From the IMG/VR virus record IMGVR_UViG_3300005613_002762, positions 64,001-128,000 of that record: DNA of 64,000 nucleotides; one strand, written 5' to 3'. Shown in pieces: positions 41,489 through 51,687 of this stretch (its first letter is position 1; every line of letters starts with the position of its first letter). The position numbers were made by a program, and so were the translations under genes. Source of the stretch: a virus. The notes below the pieces were generated by a model. It ran no database searches and was not told the DNA's origin. It was given only the letters and a program-made list of their open reading frames with translations.

Positions 41489-43264
41489 TTATCTTTTTGA
41501 ATTACCAAATAACCAACCATAAGTCATATAATCATTTCTTGTTGGTCCTGTTTGTAAACCAGCTCTTTCTCTTAAAACATTTTCATTAGGTATAACTGGA
41601 TTAAAATGTGCTTCTTTTGTGACCGCCTCATTATTAACAACCGCCCATGAATCAATCATTGATTTTGCTTGTTCGGTCGCCTTCTCCAATTTTGAAAATG
41701 ATGATTCTGCAACATAAATCGCCATCGATATACCCATGATTAAATCATCATGTTGACCTTTTTGGTGATCTGGTCTTCCGTTTATATATACAAAAGTATT
41801 CATCTCGTTATATAAACGAACACTCTTAATTTTAAATTTGTGTCTAACTCCTTCTTCAAATGCTGCAATGATCTGAACTCGTTTATTGTTAAAATTTAAA
41901 CCAGGAATTTTTTCAACAGAACTTTTATTTGAAGCCCAAATATTCATAGAATCAACTCCGTCAACATATAAATTTTTGTAACCAAGTTCTTGCATTTTTC
42001 TAACTGTTGTTATACCCATTCCTCCTGTAATATCCACAACAACAAACGCACTATACATCATTCCCCACTTATACGCAATTTCCGCTAAAGTATCAGGTGG
42101 TATTTTTCCAACATATTCTAATACTTGTTCTCTTTCATCAAAATCGATAATTTGAATTGATGAAAAGTCTTCACTATCCCCACGAGATACGTCAACACCC
42201 ATGATATATTTATGACCCTCAACAGGTTCTTTCCATATCCATAAAGAATTACCCATTAATTTAGAAGGAGGATCTTGTAATGAATTATTTTTAATATCTT
42301 CAAGTTGTTTGTTATCAAATACGTTATCACCCGATCCTAAGAATTCACAATTTAACTCTTGGTTGATTTTTCTCTTATCATATTTGAGTTTTTTAACCAT
42401 CTTCTCATACCAAGTAGAACATGGTCTATATCCTTGATTAAAGAAAAGTTGTAATTCTTCGTAATCTCTATCATATGGATCGATATGAGCAAAAGAAATA
42501 TTTTTTGATTCGTCATATTCTTCTTTATTTAAAAGATAGTGAATCAAATCATCGGTTTTAACTAAATAAAGATCTTTAGCGTATCTTGGATCTCGATACC
42601 AATACATCTCAGAGATCTTAAAGTTATTCATCCCTTTTAATGACTGATCGTATATTTCATAATAAATTGGGTCATATCCGTTAGGAGTTGAGACCACGAT
42701 TACCTTACCACCCGTAGATAAGGATGCCATACAAGCCGCCCAAAAATCACTATCGGCTTCGATAAACGCAGCCTCATCAAATACAAGTATTGTAGGTGTA
42801 AATCCACGAAGGGCATCTTTTGATGTTGCAACTGCTTTAACTTCAGAACCATTATTTAATTTATAATGTCGTTGTGAGTTTTTTTCAGCTGCAAATCCAG
42901 CACCAACCCAAGAAGGCCATTGATCGACAAATGCTCTAATTTTATTTGCCATTTCCATCGATGTATCAAGTTTGTTGGCAATAATCAATATTTTTTCAGG
43001 TTGAGTTTTTTTAGCAAATACCAATCTTTTTGATACCCAAGCTGCAGTTACGGTAGATACACCAGCCTGACGATATTTTAACGCAATATTTTCTTCATAA
43101 TCTTCATAATCTTGAAGTAATGAAATTTGATCGGGAAATAATTCTAATGGAACGTATTTTGATACTGTGTTGTCGTAAGTTTGTAAATAGGTTCTTAATG
43201 CGTATGTTGTATCAGACATACACTTAGCATATTCAATTAAAACTTGTTCTCTAGTTAAACCCAT
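41489..43264 (-). CDS. gp17: Terminase large subunit (T4 gp17-like)
   Basis: [13 protein letters not shown]...FDEAAF, STPNG, QELNCEF, GVDVSRG, HDDLIM. Confidence 0.95.
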   Translation of the reverse strand: MGLTREQVLIEYAKCMSDTTYALRTYLQTYDNTVSKYVPLELFPDQISLLQDYEDYEENIALKYRQAGVSTVTAAWVSKRLVFAKKTQPEKILIIANKLDTSMEMANKIRAFVDQWPSWVGAGFAAEKNSQRHYKLNNGSEVKAVATSKDALRGFTPTILVFDEAAFIEADSDFWAACMASLSTGGKVIVVSTPNGYDPIYYEIYDQSLKGMNNFKISEMYWYRDPRYAKDLYLVKTDDLIHYLLNKEEYDESKNISFAHIDPYDRDYEELQLFFNQGYRPCSTWYEKMVKKLKYDKRKINQELNCEFLGSGDNVFDNKQLEDIKNNSLQDPPSKLMGNSLWIWKEPVEGHKYIMGVDVSRGDSEDFSSIQIIDFDEREQVLEYVGKIPPDTLAEIAYKWGMMYSAFVVVDITGGMGITTVRKMQELGYKNLYVDGVDSMNIWASNKSSVEKIPGLNFNNKRVQIIAAFEEGVRHKFKIKSVRLYNEMNTFVYINGRPDHQKGQHDDLIMGISMAIYVAESSFSKLEKATEQAKSMIDSWAVVNNEAVTKEAHFNPVIPNENVLRERAGLQTGPTRNDYMTYGWLFGNSKR

Positions 43265-43302
43265 ATTAAATAAATATCAATTCGGGTTTTTTATTCTTAG
43301 AC

Positions 43303-44133
43303 TTATTTTTTTCCAATCGAAAACATTTGACCAATTGGTAAATTCATTGGTGCTTCGTCAGAAAACATTGTTAGTTTTTTTGGATTTCTTAAAATCATTG
43401 AGTCATTATTTTTGACTTTTTTTTTGATTGTTTTAACTAAATCCTTTTTTTTCATTTTTGGCTCAATTTTTTCATCGACCATTTTAGCAATTTTTTCTTC
43501 TAAAAATTTTTGAAAATTTTCGTTAGCCTTTTCTTTTTTGGTTTTTACGGTTTTTTCAGGGTGTTTTTTTTCTGGCATTTTTTTGTATTGTTTTTTTGAC
43601 GTAGAATCAGAAAATTCTTTTGCCATTTTACACCATTTACAATTTTTAGAAGAACATTTATTACAACGAGCCCAAAATAAACCTTGTTGTGCTTTAGATT
43701 CGAATTTTTCACTAATTTCTGATTCTGCCATACCCATCATAGATCGATCTTCACCTGAGTCATCACCCATACCATCATCCGCCATGTCATTTGCATCATG
43801 TGGAGCTTCTTGTCCCGTATATGCCTGTTCAGCGTCTTTACCGAGAGCATTTGATGTTGTTAGATCATCGGTTTCATCTTCAGTCATTTCAGTTTCTTTG
43901 ACTTGAATGTTTTGACCTTGTAATTTTGATGGTTCTTTTAACGCCTGATTTAAGTTTTTCACATCTTCAGGATTTTTTGTGTCATAAACCTGAGTTACAA
44001 CTTGAGTTTGTTCTTTATTTTCTCTTTTAAACTTCTCAACCAAAATTTTAACTTGACGATCCGAAAAAGATGAAATGGTTGACAAAGACAACCCATTTTC
44101 AGTTAAAAATAAAATATCCTTTTTAGTTTTCAT
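43303..44133 (-). CDS. Hypothetical protein with an SKAQQ motif and a Cys cluster
   Basis: FESKAQQGLFWARCNKCSSKNCKWC. Confidence 0.7.
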   Translation of the reverse strand: MKTKKDILFLTENGLSLSTISSFSDRQVKILVEKFKRENKEQTQVVTQVYDTKNPEDVKNLNQALKEPSKLQGQNIQVKETEMTEDETDDLTTSNALGKDAEQAYTGQEAPHDANDMADDGMGDDSGEDRSMMGMAESEISEKFESKAQQGLFWARCNKCSSKNCKWCKMAKEFSDSTSKKQYKKMPEKKHPEKTVKTKKEKANENFQKFLEEKIAKMVDEKIEPKMKKKDLVKTIKKKVKNNDSMILRNPKKLTMFSDEAPMNLPIGQMFSIGKK

Positions 44134-44530
44134 AAACCACTTTTTTTTCAAATTGTAATACTATATCTCTTTCATATAGTTTGTTTTTAACTTCTTCTTC
44201 AGTTTCACCAAAATGAAATACCAATCTTTTAACTAAAGAAAAATCAACATTGTCAGTTTCTTTTTCCCAACCTAATGATATTACACCATCCATAGAATCA
44301 ATTAAAGAAAATACGTCCGAATCTTGAACGAGTTCGAACGCAACTTCCTCATTAATCATTGTCCCAACTTTTTTTATATATTCCAAGTCAGGAGGTGATG
44401 GATAACCATTTGCTGGTTTAGATTCCCAATTTTCACCAAAAACATCTATGGTGTCCGAAAAAATAAATTCATAAATATTATCACCTTTATAGTTCGGACC
44501 TAAACCATTGACATAAATCAATCGATTCAT
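44123..44530 (-). CDS. Hypothetical phage protein
   Basis: 135-aa coupled ORF. Confidence 0.75.
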   Translation of the reverse strand: MNRLIYVNGLGPNYKGDNIYEFIFSDTIDVFGENWESKPANGYPSPPDLEYIKKVGTMINEEVAFELVQDSDVFSLIDSMDGVISLGWEKETDNVDFSLVKRLVFHFGETEEEVKNKLYERDIVLQFEKKVVYEN

Positions 44531-45999
44531 AAAATTCTTCCACTTTTTGTGATTTTAGTTTCAGTTAAACCTTCTTTAAAAACAAGATTTCCTTTTGTAG
44601 ATAACCCGATCAATTTTGTTCTTGGGTTTTCTCTAATAAAATCTAACGCCACATCAAGTTGTTCTGTTGATTCAGATAACCGAACAATATTTTCTTTATT
44701 TTGTTTGAATAGATCGCTTGTTCTTCTTTCTTTTCTTTTTTGGTTTTCTAAATCTTCTGTTTCATTAGAAACAAAATATCTTGACAATACTCTATCCACG
44801 GCAGATTCACTAAAAGTTCCATGTTCGAATCGATCTACATTTGGGTAGTGTTTTCTACCTTTTCTTCTTTCTCTATGGTATTCATCATCCTCTTCTTCAC
44901 TAGTTAACTTATTTGCTGACCCAGCGGTATAAGATCCCATAAATTTATTTACAAAAGCATCACCCAAACTATCATAACCTTCGGCCATTTCAGGTTCTTG
45001 TGGTGGTTCAGGAGCAACTTCAGTTTCTTCAACGTCTATTTCCTCTTCACTTCCACCTTCTTCATCTTCAACACCTTCTAGTTTATTAATAATTTGTTCA
45101 ATATCGTCTTCATCTAAAACATCAACATCAATTGCTGATAAAATAGAATTAATAATATATTTGATATCTTTTGGATCCAAATCTTTTTCTTCTTCGTATG
45201 ATCTAATTTTTTGTGCCAGTTTACCTGTTAAAATTTGAATTCTTTTAAGATCCGATACCTTCTTTTCTTTTGGTTTTTTCTCAACATCAATTTCTTCCTC
45301 TTCTTCAAATCCCATATCAGGCATTTCACCACCCATATTAGGATCGGGAGCACCTGCATCTGCCGGTGGCATACCCATATCACCACCCATATTAGGATCT
45401 GGTGCAACTGCATCTGCCGGTGGCATACCCATATCACCACCCATATTCGGATCAGGAGCGCCGGCGTCTGCCGGTGGCATACCCATATCAGGCATCGGTG
45501 GTTCCATACCAGGTTCAGCACCCATATCAGGCATCGGTGGAGTTGGTGGGGTTTCAGGAGCAGGTGCTACTTCAGGAGCAGGTGCTTCAGCAGCCGGAGA
45601 TTCAACTTCTTTAGGTTTTTTAGTCTTTAGTATGAACTTTTTTTTTTGCTCCCCTAAAAGCGGAGTTCCTTCTTCGTTCTCAAATAACGTATTGATTTCT
45701 TTAGTCATAAGATTCAAACGCTTCAAAGCTTGTGAATATGAAGAATAGTATTTTCTACTTTTCATAGGTTCAATATAATCTGAAACAGATTCATTGATTG
45801 ACATTTTTACAATATAACCTTGTCTTTCTTTAACAATCTCATAAGTGTTACCATCGGCCAAAGTGATTTTGTATTCACTTGAGTCGGTTTCATTTATATT
45901 TTGTGGAATATTCTCATTATAACGAGAAATTTCTATCATTCGTCTAATTTTGTCCATCCCTTGAAGTTTTTCGCTTCCAATAGGTTTTAATCCTGCCAT
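44527..45999 (-). CDS. Acidic Pro/Met-rich putative prohead core protein
   Basis: 490 aa, many xxE sites, internal 18-aa repeats. Confidence 0.7.
   Translation of the reverse strand: MAGLKPIGSEKLQGMDKIRRMIEISRYNENIPQNINETDSSEYKITLADGNTYEIVKERQGYIVKMSINESVSDYIEPMKSRKYYSSYSQALKRLNLMTKEINTLFENEEGTPLLGEQKKKFILKTKKPKEVESPAAEAPAPEVAPAPETPPTPPMPDMGAEPGMEPPMPDMGMPPADAGAPDPNMGGDMGMPPADAVAPDPNMGGDMGMPPADAGAPDPNMGGEMPDMGFEEEEEIDVEKKPKEKKVSDLKRIQILTGKLAQKIRSYEEEKDLDPKDIKYIINSILSAIDVDVLDEDDIEQIINKLEGVEDEEGGSEEEIDVEETEVAPEPPQEPEMAEGYDSLGDAFVNKFMGSYTAGSANKLTSEEEDDEYHRERRKGRKHYPNVDRFEHGTFSESAVDRVLSRYFVSNETEDLENQKRKERRTSDLFKQNKENIVRLSESTEQLDVALDFIRENPRTKLIGLSTKGNLVFKEGLTETKITKSGRIL
45310..45500 (-). repeat. 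54-nt tandem repeat, 3 copies (DMGMPPADAGAPDPNMGG)
   Basis: tctgccggtggcatacccatatca recurs at 54-nt spacing. Confidence 0.85.
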
Positions 46000-46076
46000 A
46001 ATATTATTGTTTTGTAATAAATTATTTTTTCTTAATAAATATATCGATTTATAAGAATATTTTATTTTTTAAGGTA

Positions 46077-46811
46077 TTATTGTTTCATTGATAAACCTTT
46101 TTCTAAAACTTTGGTTCCTGCACTCATCAATTTTTCTAAATAACCGTTTCTTCTTAGTATTTTAAAGACCAAATTCTCTGATGAATATTCACCATTTTTT
46201 TCAAGACCACAAGTTCTAAACTTTTTAAGTTTATCTTTATATTTGGATAATAATTCTTTAGCATCTTCAATAGATTCATCTTCAATATTTTCTAATACAC
46301 CATCGATAATTTCCATCCATTGTTTTGCCTTTCTTTCAATAGTGTTTTTATCAATCTTGACTTGTTCTTTTTCAGGTTCATGTTGCCATTCATCATATAA
46401 CAAAGAATAAACTCCACTTGAAAAATGAGCTTCGTCTTCTGATTCAACATATAACTCAGTTTCATAACCAAAAAGTTTTATATCATGGTTTTTGTTAAAT
46501 AAGGCTTTTTTTAACATAAAAAACTCTTTATATAGATCAACATGTGATTGAGGAAATTGATTGAAATTGGTAATGATATGAATATCAAAATCTGAATACT
46601 TTGACCAGTTGTAATTTGCCAAAGATCCTGTTAAAACTACATCGGTGATGATAATTTCAATTTTTAAATAATCAATAAATTCGTTTGCAATTTCTAAAAG
46701 TCTTTCTCTAACTTCAGGTTTCATCACATATGATTTACCTTTCTTTTCCCAAATTTTAGGATTTAATTCATTTTGAGGTTCGAAACTTTTTAGAATTTCT
46801 TTAGTATTCAT
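46077..46811 (-). CDS. Pol-beta-superfamily nucleotidyltransferase
   Basis: LTGSLANYNWSKYSDFDIH (GS-x-DxD) and a third acid in ELYVE. Confidence 0.75.
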   Translation of the reverse strand: MNTKEILKSFEPQNELNPKIWEKKGKSYVMKPEVRERLLEIANEFIDYLKIEIIITDVVLTGSLANYNWSKYSDFDIHIITNFNQFPQSHVDLYKEFFMLKKALFNKNHDIKLFGYETELYVESEDEAHFSSGVYSLLYDEWQHEPEKEQVKIDKNTIERKAKQWMEIIDGVLENIEDESIEDAKELLSKYKDKLKKFRTCGLEKNGEYSSENLVFKILRRNGYLEKLMSAGTKVLEKGLSMKQ

Positions 46812-46830
46812 ATTAATAAATACTTAGAAA

Positions 46831-47073
46831 TTAGAGTTTTCTATAAGTGTGATTTTTAGAAATGTTTTTGTTAAAGAAATTTCCTTGAGATTCTGCAGAT
46901 CTAAATGAGGTATATAGTTGATGAGGAACATCATCATATTCGTATCTTATTCCATTTTTAAATTCTGCTATCATTTTTTTTGTGATGGTATCGTATTCCG
47001 TTTTAACCAAATTTGAGGACTCAATTTCATTTATAATTTTAGTCCCAACGTATTCTTCTTTTGTAATTGCCAT
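46831..47073 (-). CDS. KTSC-domain protein
   Basis: SSNL...YD...EFKNG.RYEYDDVP...AESQGNFFN. Confidence 0.88.
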   Translation of the reverse strand: MAITKEEYVGTKIINEIESSNLVKTEYDTITKKMIAEFKNGIRYEYDDVPHQLYTSFRSAESQGNFFNKNISKNHTYRKL

Positions 47074-47075
47074 TA

Positions 47076-47369
47076 TTATTGTTTTAATGGGGTTATGTCA
47101 TCTATATGACGAAGTTTATCTATAATGTAATAACTAACTTCATCTTCGTCAACATCAAAACCATAATCTCTTATTGTTTGGTCTGTTTCTTGAATCAATT
47201 TTTGGACCTTTGAATGTAAAGACATTAAATCCGTTGGATAATATGGAGGTCTTTCAATATCTTTTTGTGTCCAACCTTCTCTTTGAAAGATTTCTCTAAT
47301 TTTGAAATATGTATTTTCTAACTCTCTTGTTAATTCTAAAGTCTCCGCGAATTTTATCCAAGCTTTCAT
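47076..47369 (-). CDS. Hypothetical phage protein
   Basis: 97-aa ORF. Confidence 0.7.
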   Translation of the reverse strand: MKAWIKFAETLELTRELENTYFKIREIFQREGWTQKDIERPPYYPTDLMSLHSKVQKLIQETDQTIRDYGFDVDEDEVSYYIIDKLRHIDDITPLKQ

Positions 47370-47384
47370 AACTATAAATATACG

Positions 47385-47415
47385 AAAAAAAAATCCACCG
47401 ATGAGGTGGATTTAA
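47385..47415 (-). terminator. Intrinsic terminator, copy 1
   Basis: A-run then ATCCACC-GATGA-GGTGGAT. Confidence 0.8.
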
Positions 47416-47434
47416 TAATTTATAATTTTGTTTT

Positions 47435-47944
47435 TTATTTTTGTGTTGGTTGTATCTCTTTATAATATACCTTGGGTGAACCTATAACTGTGTTAGCTTC
47501 AGGACCTTGTGTGGATATCTTCATCCCCAAACTACCAGAACTATCTGTTTGACCTACCCAAGTTTTTAAAACATTTAACAATTTTTGGTCTGCATAAATA
47601 CTCCCAACTATATTTCCTTGATCATCTTTTTTACTTGTCTTCAAACAACCAGATGGTTTAGAGCATTCAATATCCCCAAATTTTAAAGACAAAAAGTTAG
47701 TTTCGTTCATTAAACTAGACATTCCATTTTTTCCTGGTTCATTTTTTGCAAAATAAGATAAGTATGCGGTATCTCTTTTTGGTTCCAGTTTACCTGTTTT
47801 TTGATTTTTAACGGCAGGAATTGCAATTTCTATAGGAATTACTTTTCTGACATCATCTTCCATTAAATATTGTCTTGATGTTGCATTTTGGTGCATTTCC
47901 AAAATACGTTGTTTTTCTGATTCTGAGATTATAAACTTGTTCAT
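47435..47944 (-). CDS. Hypothetical protein with a conserved leader (putative internal head protein)
   Basis: MNKFIISESEKQRILEMH...YLME. Confidence 0.7.
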   Translation of the reverse strand: MNKFIISESEKQRILEMHQNATSRQYLMEDDVRKVIPIEIAIPAVKNQKTGKLEPKRDTAYLSYFAKNEPGKNGMSSLMNETNFLSLKFGDIECSKPSGCLKTSKKDDQGNIVGSIYADQKLLNVLKTWVGQTDSSGSLGMKISTQGPEANTVIGSPKVYYKEIQPTQK

Positions 47945-47978
47945 AATTTTTTTATTTAATAATAAATACACACATATA

Positions 47979-48009
47979 AAAAAAAATCCACCGATGAGGT
48001 GGATTTAAT
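47979..48009 (-). terminator. Intrinsic terminator, copy 2 (identical hairpin)
   Basis: aaaaaaatccaccgatgaggtggatttaat. Confidence 0.8.
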
Positions 48010-48013
48010 CGTT

Positions 48014-48376
48014 TTATTTAAGAGACCTAATTTTATCACGATATTCAATCGCACTTTCAAAGTCTTGGTTTTTTACACAATCATTTAGTTTAGATTGCAA
48101 CTTTGATATTTCTTCTCTGTTTTTCTCTAACTTTTTTATTTGGTCTCTTAACGTAACAGCATCCTCAAATTTTTCTTCTTTAATTGATAGATTTAATTTT
48201 TCTTTTAACACATCAACCTCATCGACTTGGTTAGATTTATTAAAATTTTTTGTCATATAAGACATACTAAAAGATCCGTCAGGTGATGTATATGATCTTT
48301 TATTCCAATTTTTATCATCAAATGATGATGAAAGTAATTCATTAAATAATTTGTCAAATTCGTTCCAATTAAACAT
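48014..48376 (-). CDS. Protein with two UvrB/UvrC motifs (McsA-like Clp adaptor candidate)
   Basis: EEKFEDAVTLRDQIKKL and NQDFESAIEYRDKIRSL. Confidence 0.8.
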   Translation of the reverse strand: MFNWNEFDKLFNELLSSSFDDKNWNKRSYTSPDGSFSMSYMTKNFNKSNQVDEVDVLKEKLNLSIKEEKFEDAVTLRDQIKKLEKNREEISKLQSKLNDCVKNQDFESAIEYRDKIRSLK

Positions 48377-48548
48377 TTTTTATTTTTTTATCGTTTATTT
48401 TAACTCAAAAAACAACCAATAAAATACCAATACATAAAATATGACAATATGTCAGTATATTTACAAAAATTTTAATATCAAACTGACAAAAAGACAATGT
48501 TGGACTTTTTAAATCATTAATCTTATTATTTATAAAAAACGAAAAAAT

Positions 48549-50588
48549 ATGTTAGAATTTATGGACGATAGCAACGAAAAATCCAAGAAAAAAACAGATA
48601 GTGGAACACCTGTTTTAGATAACTTTAGTAAAGATTTAAATAAATTAGCTCAAGACGGAAAATTAGATCCCGTTATTGGTAGACAAAGTGAGATATTTAG
48701 AATTGCTCAAATTTTATCAAGAAGAAAAAAGAATAACCCAATTATTATTGGTGAACCAGGAGCCGGAAAAACCGCAATAGTGGAAGGTTTAGCAATGATG
48801 ATCCATAACGGAGAATGTCCCAAAAATTTAATGGATAAAAGGATTGTTTCTTTAGATATGAATTCATTGGTTGCAGGAACCAAATATCGAGGTCAGTTCG
48901 AAGAAAGAATGAAAGCGATAATCGAAGAACTACAAGTTGCCCCAAATATAATTTTATTCATAGATGAAATTCATACTATGGTTGGTGCTGGAAACAGTTC
49001 AGGATCGTTAGATGCTTCAAACATTTTAAAACCAGCGCTTTCTCGAGGAGATATACAATGTGTTGGAGCAACAACTTTAGATGAATATAGAAAACATTTT
49101 GAAAAGGATGGAGCTTTAGATAGACGATTCCAAAAAGTCATTGTCGACCCTTCTTCAAAGGAAGAGACATTTGAAATTCTAAAACAAAGTAAATCAAAAT
49201 ATGAAGACCATCACAAAGTTTCTTATGATGATAAAACTTTATGGATATTTGTTGAGTTAGCTGATCGATATATTACAGATCGTGAGTTTCCCGATAAAGC
49301 GTTTGATATTTTAGATGAGGTTGGGTCGAGAATGCAAGTTGATATAAAACTACCTGAAGAAATTGAAAAATTAAAGGATGAGGCGGCAGCAATTAAACAA
49401 GAAAAATATACTGTAATTAAACAACAAAAATACGAACTTGCCGCAGAACTAAGAGATCGAGAAAGAAATGTTATTTCGAAACTTGAGGAAGAAAAAAAGA
49501 AATTTGAACTTAGTCTATTAACTAGTAAAAGAAGTATTCCTGAAGAATTGATATATGAAGTTGTTTCAAACATGACAAAAATTCCAATTTCAAATATTAA
49601 TTTAGACGAAAGAAACTCTCTAATTAATTTGAATGATAATTTGAATTCAAAGGTGATTGGTCAAGAGGAAGCCGTTAATAAAATTGTCAAATCGATTAGA
49701 AGAAATAGAATCGGAATTAAAGATCCAAATAAACCAATTGGTTCATTTATTTTCTTAGGTTCTACTGGTGTTGGTAAAACATATTTGGCAAAACAATTGG
49801 CAAAAGAAATTTTTGGAAGTGAAGAGAACATGATCCGTGTGGATATGAGTGAATACCAAGAAAAACACACCATCTCTCGTTTAATTGGTTCACCTCCAGG
49901 ATATGTTGGTCACGATGAAGGTGGTCAGTTAACCGAACAAGTTAAAAACAAACCTTATTCTGTTGTATTGTTTGATGAGATTGAAAAGGCACATAAAGAC
50001 ATCTTTTCAACATTACTTCAGTTGTTAGACGATGGTCATATCACAGATTCTTTAGGTCGTAAGATCAACTTCAAAAACTGCTTAATCATTATGACATCTA
50101 ACATTGGTGTTAAGAAATTACAAGATTTTGGAACTGGAATGGGATTTCAGACCAGCAAAAGTGAAGTGGTTAAAGAAGAAGAAAAACAAGAAGTCTTAAA
50201 AAAAGAAATGAAAAAGTTTTTCGCTCCTGAATTTTTAAATAGAATTGATGATGTTGTTATCTTTAATTCTTTGGACAAAGAACATATTGATGTTATTACA
50301 AAATTAGAAATTGACAAACTCTTAAAAAGAGTGTCTGAAAAAAACTACCACTTCACATATGATCAAGACTTAGTCGACTATATTTCAAAAGTTGGATTTG
50401 ACGAAACATTTGGAGCAAGACCAATCAAAAGAGCTATTCAAAATAATATTGAAGATCTAATTTCAGAAAAAATCCTAATGATGGAGATTGAAGAACATAA
50501 AGACTATGTTTTAAAAATTGAAAATGATGTGGTGGTGGTATCAAATAAAGAAGAAAAAGTAAAAAGAGGTAGAAAAAAGAAAGAATAA
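48549..50588 (+). CDS. clpC: ClpC-type AAA+ unfoldase lacking the Clp-N domain
   Basis: LDPVIGR, GEPGAGKT, FIDEIH, UVR-type M-domain YELAAELRD, GSTGVGKT, GYVG, LFDEIEKAH, MGF loop, GARP. Confidence 0.9.
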   Translation: MLEFMDDSNEKSKKKTDSGTPVLDNFSKDLNKLAQDGKLDPVIGRQSEIFRIAQILSRRKKNNPIIIGEPGAGKTAIVEGLAMMIHNGECPKNLMDKRIVSLDMNSLVAGTKYRGQFEERMKAIIEELQVAPNIILFIDEIHTMVGAGNSSGSLDASNILKPALSRGDIQCVGATTLDEYRKHFEKDGALDRRFQKVIVDPSSKEETFEILKQSKSKYEDHHKVSYDDKTLWIFVELADRYITDREFPDKAFDILDEVGSRMQVDIKLPEEIEKLKDEAAAIKQEKYTVIKQQKYELAAELRDRERNVISKLEEEKKKFELSLLTSKRSIPEELIYEVVSNMTKIPISNINLDERNSLINLNDNLNSKVIGQEEAVNKIVKSIRRNRIGIKDPNKPIGSFIFLGSTGVGKTYLAKQLAKEIFGSEENMIRVDMSEYQEKHTISRLIGSPPGYVGHDEGGQLTEQVKNKPYSVVLFDEIEKAHKDIFSTLLQLLDDGHITDSLGRKINFKNCLIIMTSNIGVKKLQDFGTGMGFQTSKSEVVKEEEKQEVLKKEMKKFFAPEFLNRIDDVVIFNSLDKEHIDVITKLEIDKLLKRVSEKNYHFTYDQDLVDYISKVGFDETFGARPIKRAIQNNIEDLISEKILMMEIEEHKDYVLKIENDVVVVSNKEEKVKRGRKKKE

Positions 50589-50644
50589 ATTTGGTAAATT
50601 AAATTTTGTCGTGTATATTTGTAGAAATAATAAAACAATATACG

Positions 50645-51067
50645 ATGAAAACAATTTTGGCAACCTTAACTTTTTTACTCAGTTTTTTAACCTTTAGTCA
50701 AAAACTAATTATTCACGTCTTTGAAAGACAAGAAATGGTGTCTTTTTCAAAAACGACAATCGATTCGGTATTATTGAGTCCTGATATTGTGATGGATAAA
50801 AACACCGATTACACCAAATATGTGATTGATCTTAATCAAGAGACTTCAACGTATTTTCTAAATAATGAAGAACTTAGCACTTTACCAATCAAATGTCAAA
50901 ATCTTGGTAATGGAATTTTAAAAATTAACATTATGGAAGAAGGTTTTGATTATGGACTATTAGTTCAGACGGATTACCAAAATGAATCAGTCACTTGGTT
51001 TTGGTTTACTGAATATTCAACAACAGTGAAAAACATCACTAAGTTTAAATTTGAGAAACCTTCATGA
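50645..51067 (+). CDS. Secreted hypothetical protein
   Basis: Signal peptide MKTILATLTFLLSFLTFSQ; TATATTTG promoter at 50614-50621. Confidence 0.7.
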   Translation: MKTILATLTFLLSFLTFSQKLIIHVFERQEMVSFSKTTIDSVLLSPDIVMDKNTDYTKYVIDLNQETSTYFLNNEELSTLPIKCQNLGNGILKINIMEEGFDYGLLVQTDYQNESVTWFWFTEYSTTVKNITKFKFEKPS

Positions 51068-51069
51068 AA

Positions 51070-51103
51070 CAAAAAACCCCATCTTTTCAGGTGGGGTTTT
51101 TTA
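51070..51103. terminator. Bidirectional intrinsic terminator
   Basis: AAAAACCCCA...TGGGGTTTTTT between convergent genes. Confidence 0.8.
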
Positions 51104-51116
51104 TTAGTTATTTTTT

Positions 51117-51611
51117 TTATTTTTGTGTTGGGGATAATTGTTTTTTAACCGCATCAACTCCACTTCTTACTGCAGTAGCTAGTTGGTTTTTTACAGTTGC
51201 ATCGGCAGTATTTAAAACATTTATTAAACTATTTTTGAATTGTATAAGTTTACCATCAACTAATTGTGTGGTATAATTATCTAACGGATCTTTTTCTTGT
51301 TGGACACCTGGTGATAAATTTGCTGTAACTGCAATACCAAAATCTTGTGGTGATTTAACTAATTCTTTACCATCTTTGTAAATAACAATATTTCCGTGAT
51401 AATCATCAGCTCCTTTTACAAATTTTGCGGTGTATGCGGGTAATTTATATGCCGTCATAACTCTATTAAATTCATTAACAAATGCAGGTGCTTGAGTGGT
51501 AGCAATAGATTGCTCCATCAACAAATGTTTTGATTTTTCTTCCAATCTTCTATTTTCTAACACCAAGTTTGCTTCTTGAATGTGTCTAATTTTACTAAAA
51601 CTTTTATTCAT
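51117..51611 (-). CDS. Hypothetical protein with a conserved leader (putative internal head protein)
   Basis: MNKSFSKIRHIQEANLVLE...LLME; ends PTQK like the 47435 gene. Confidence 0.7.
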   Translation of the reverse strand: MNKSFSKIRHIQEANLVLENRRLEEKSKHLLMEQSIATTQAPAFVNEFNRVMTAYKLPAYTAKFVKGADDYHGNIVIYKDGKELVKSPQDFGIAVTANLSPGVQQEKDPLDNYTTQLVDGKLIQFKNSLINVLNTADATVKNQLATAVRSGVDAVKKQLSPTQK

Positions 51612-51687
51612 GTCTTTATATTTTACTTAATAAATACTTTGTATATTGAAAAAATAAAGTTATCTTTGTAGAAATTAAACAAACACT

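Noticed and set aside
32807-43264. Stop-codon recoding, introns or inteins in core genes
   Set aside because: Capsid, portal, protease and terminase are uninterrupted and of ordinary length in the standard code; no suppressor tRNA seen
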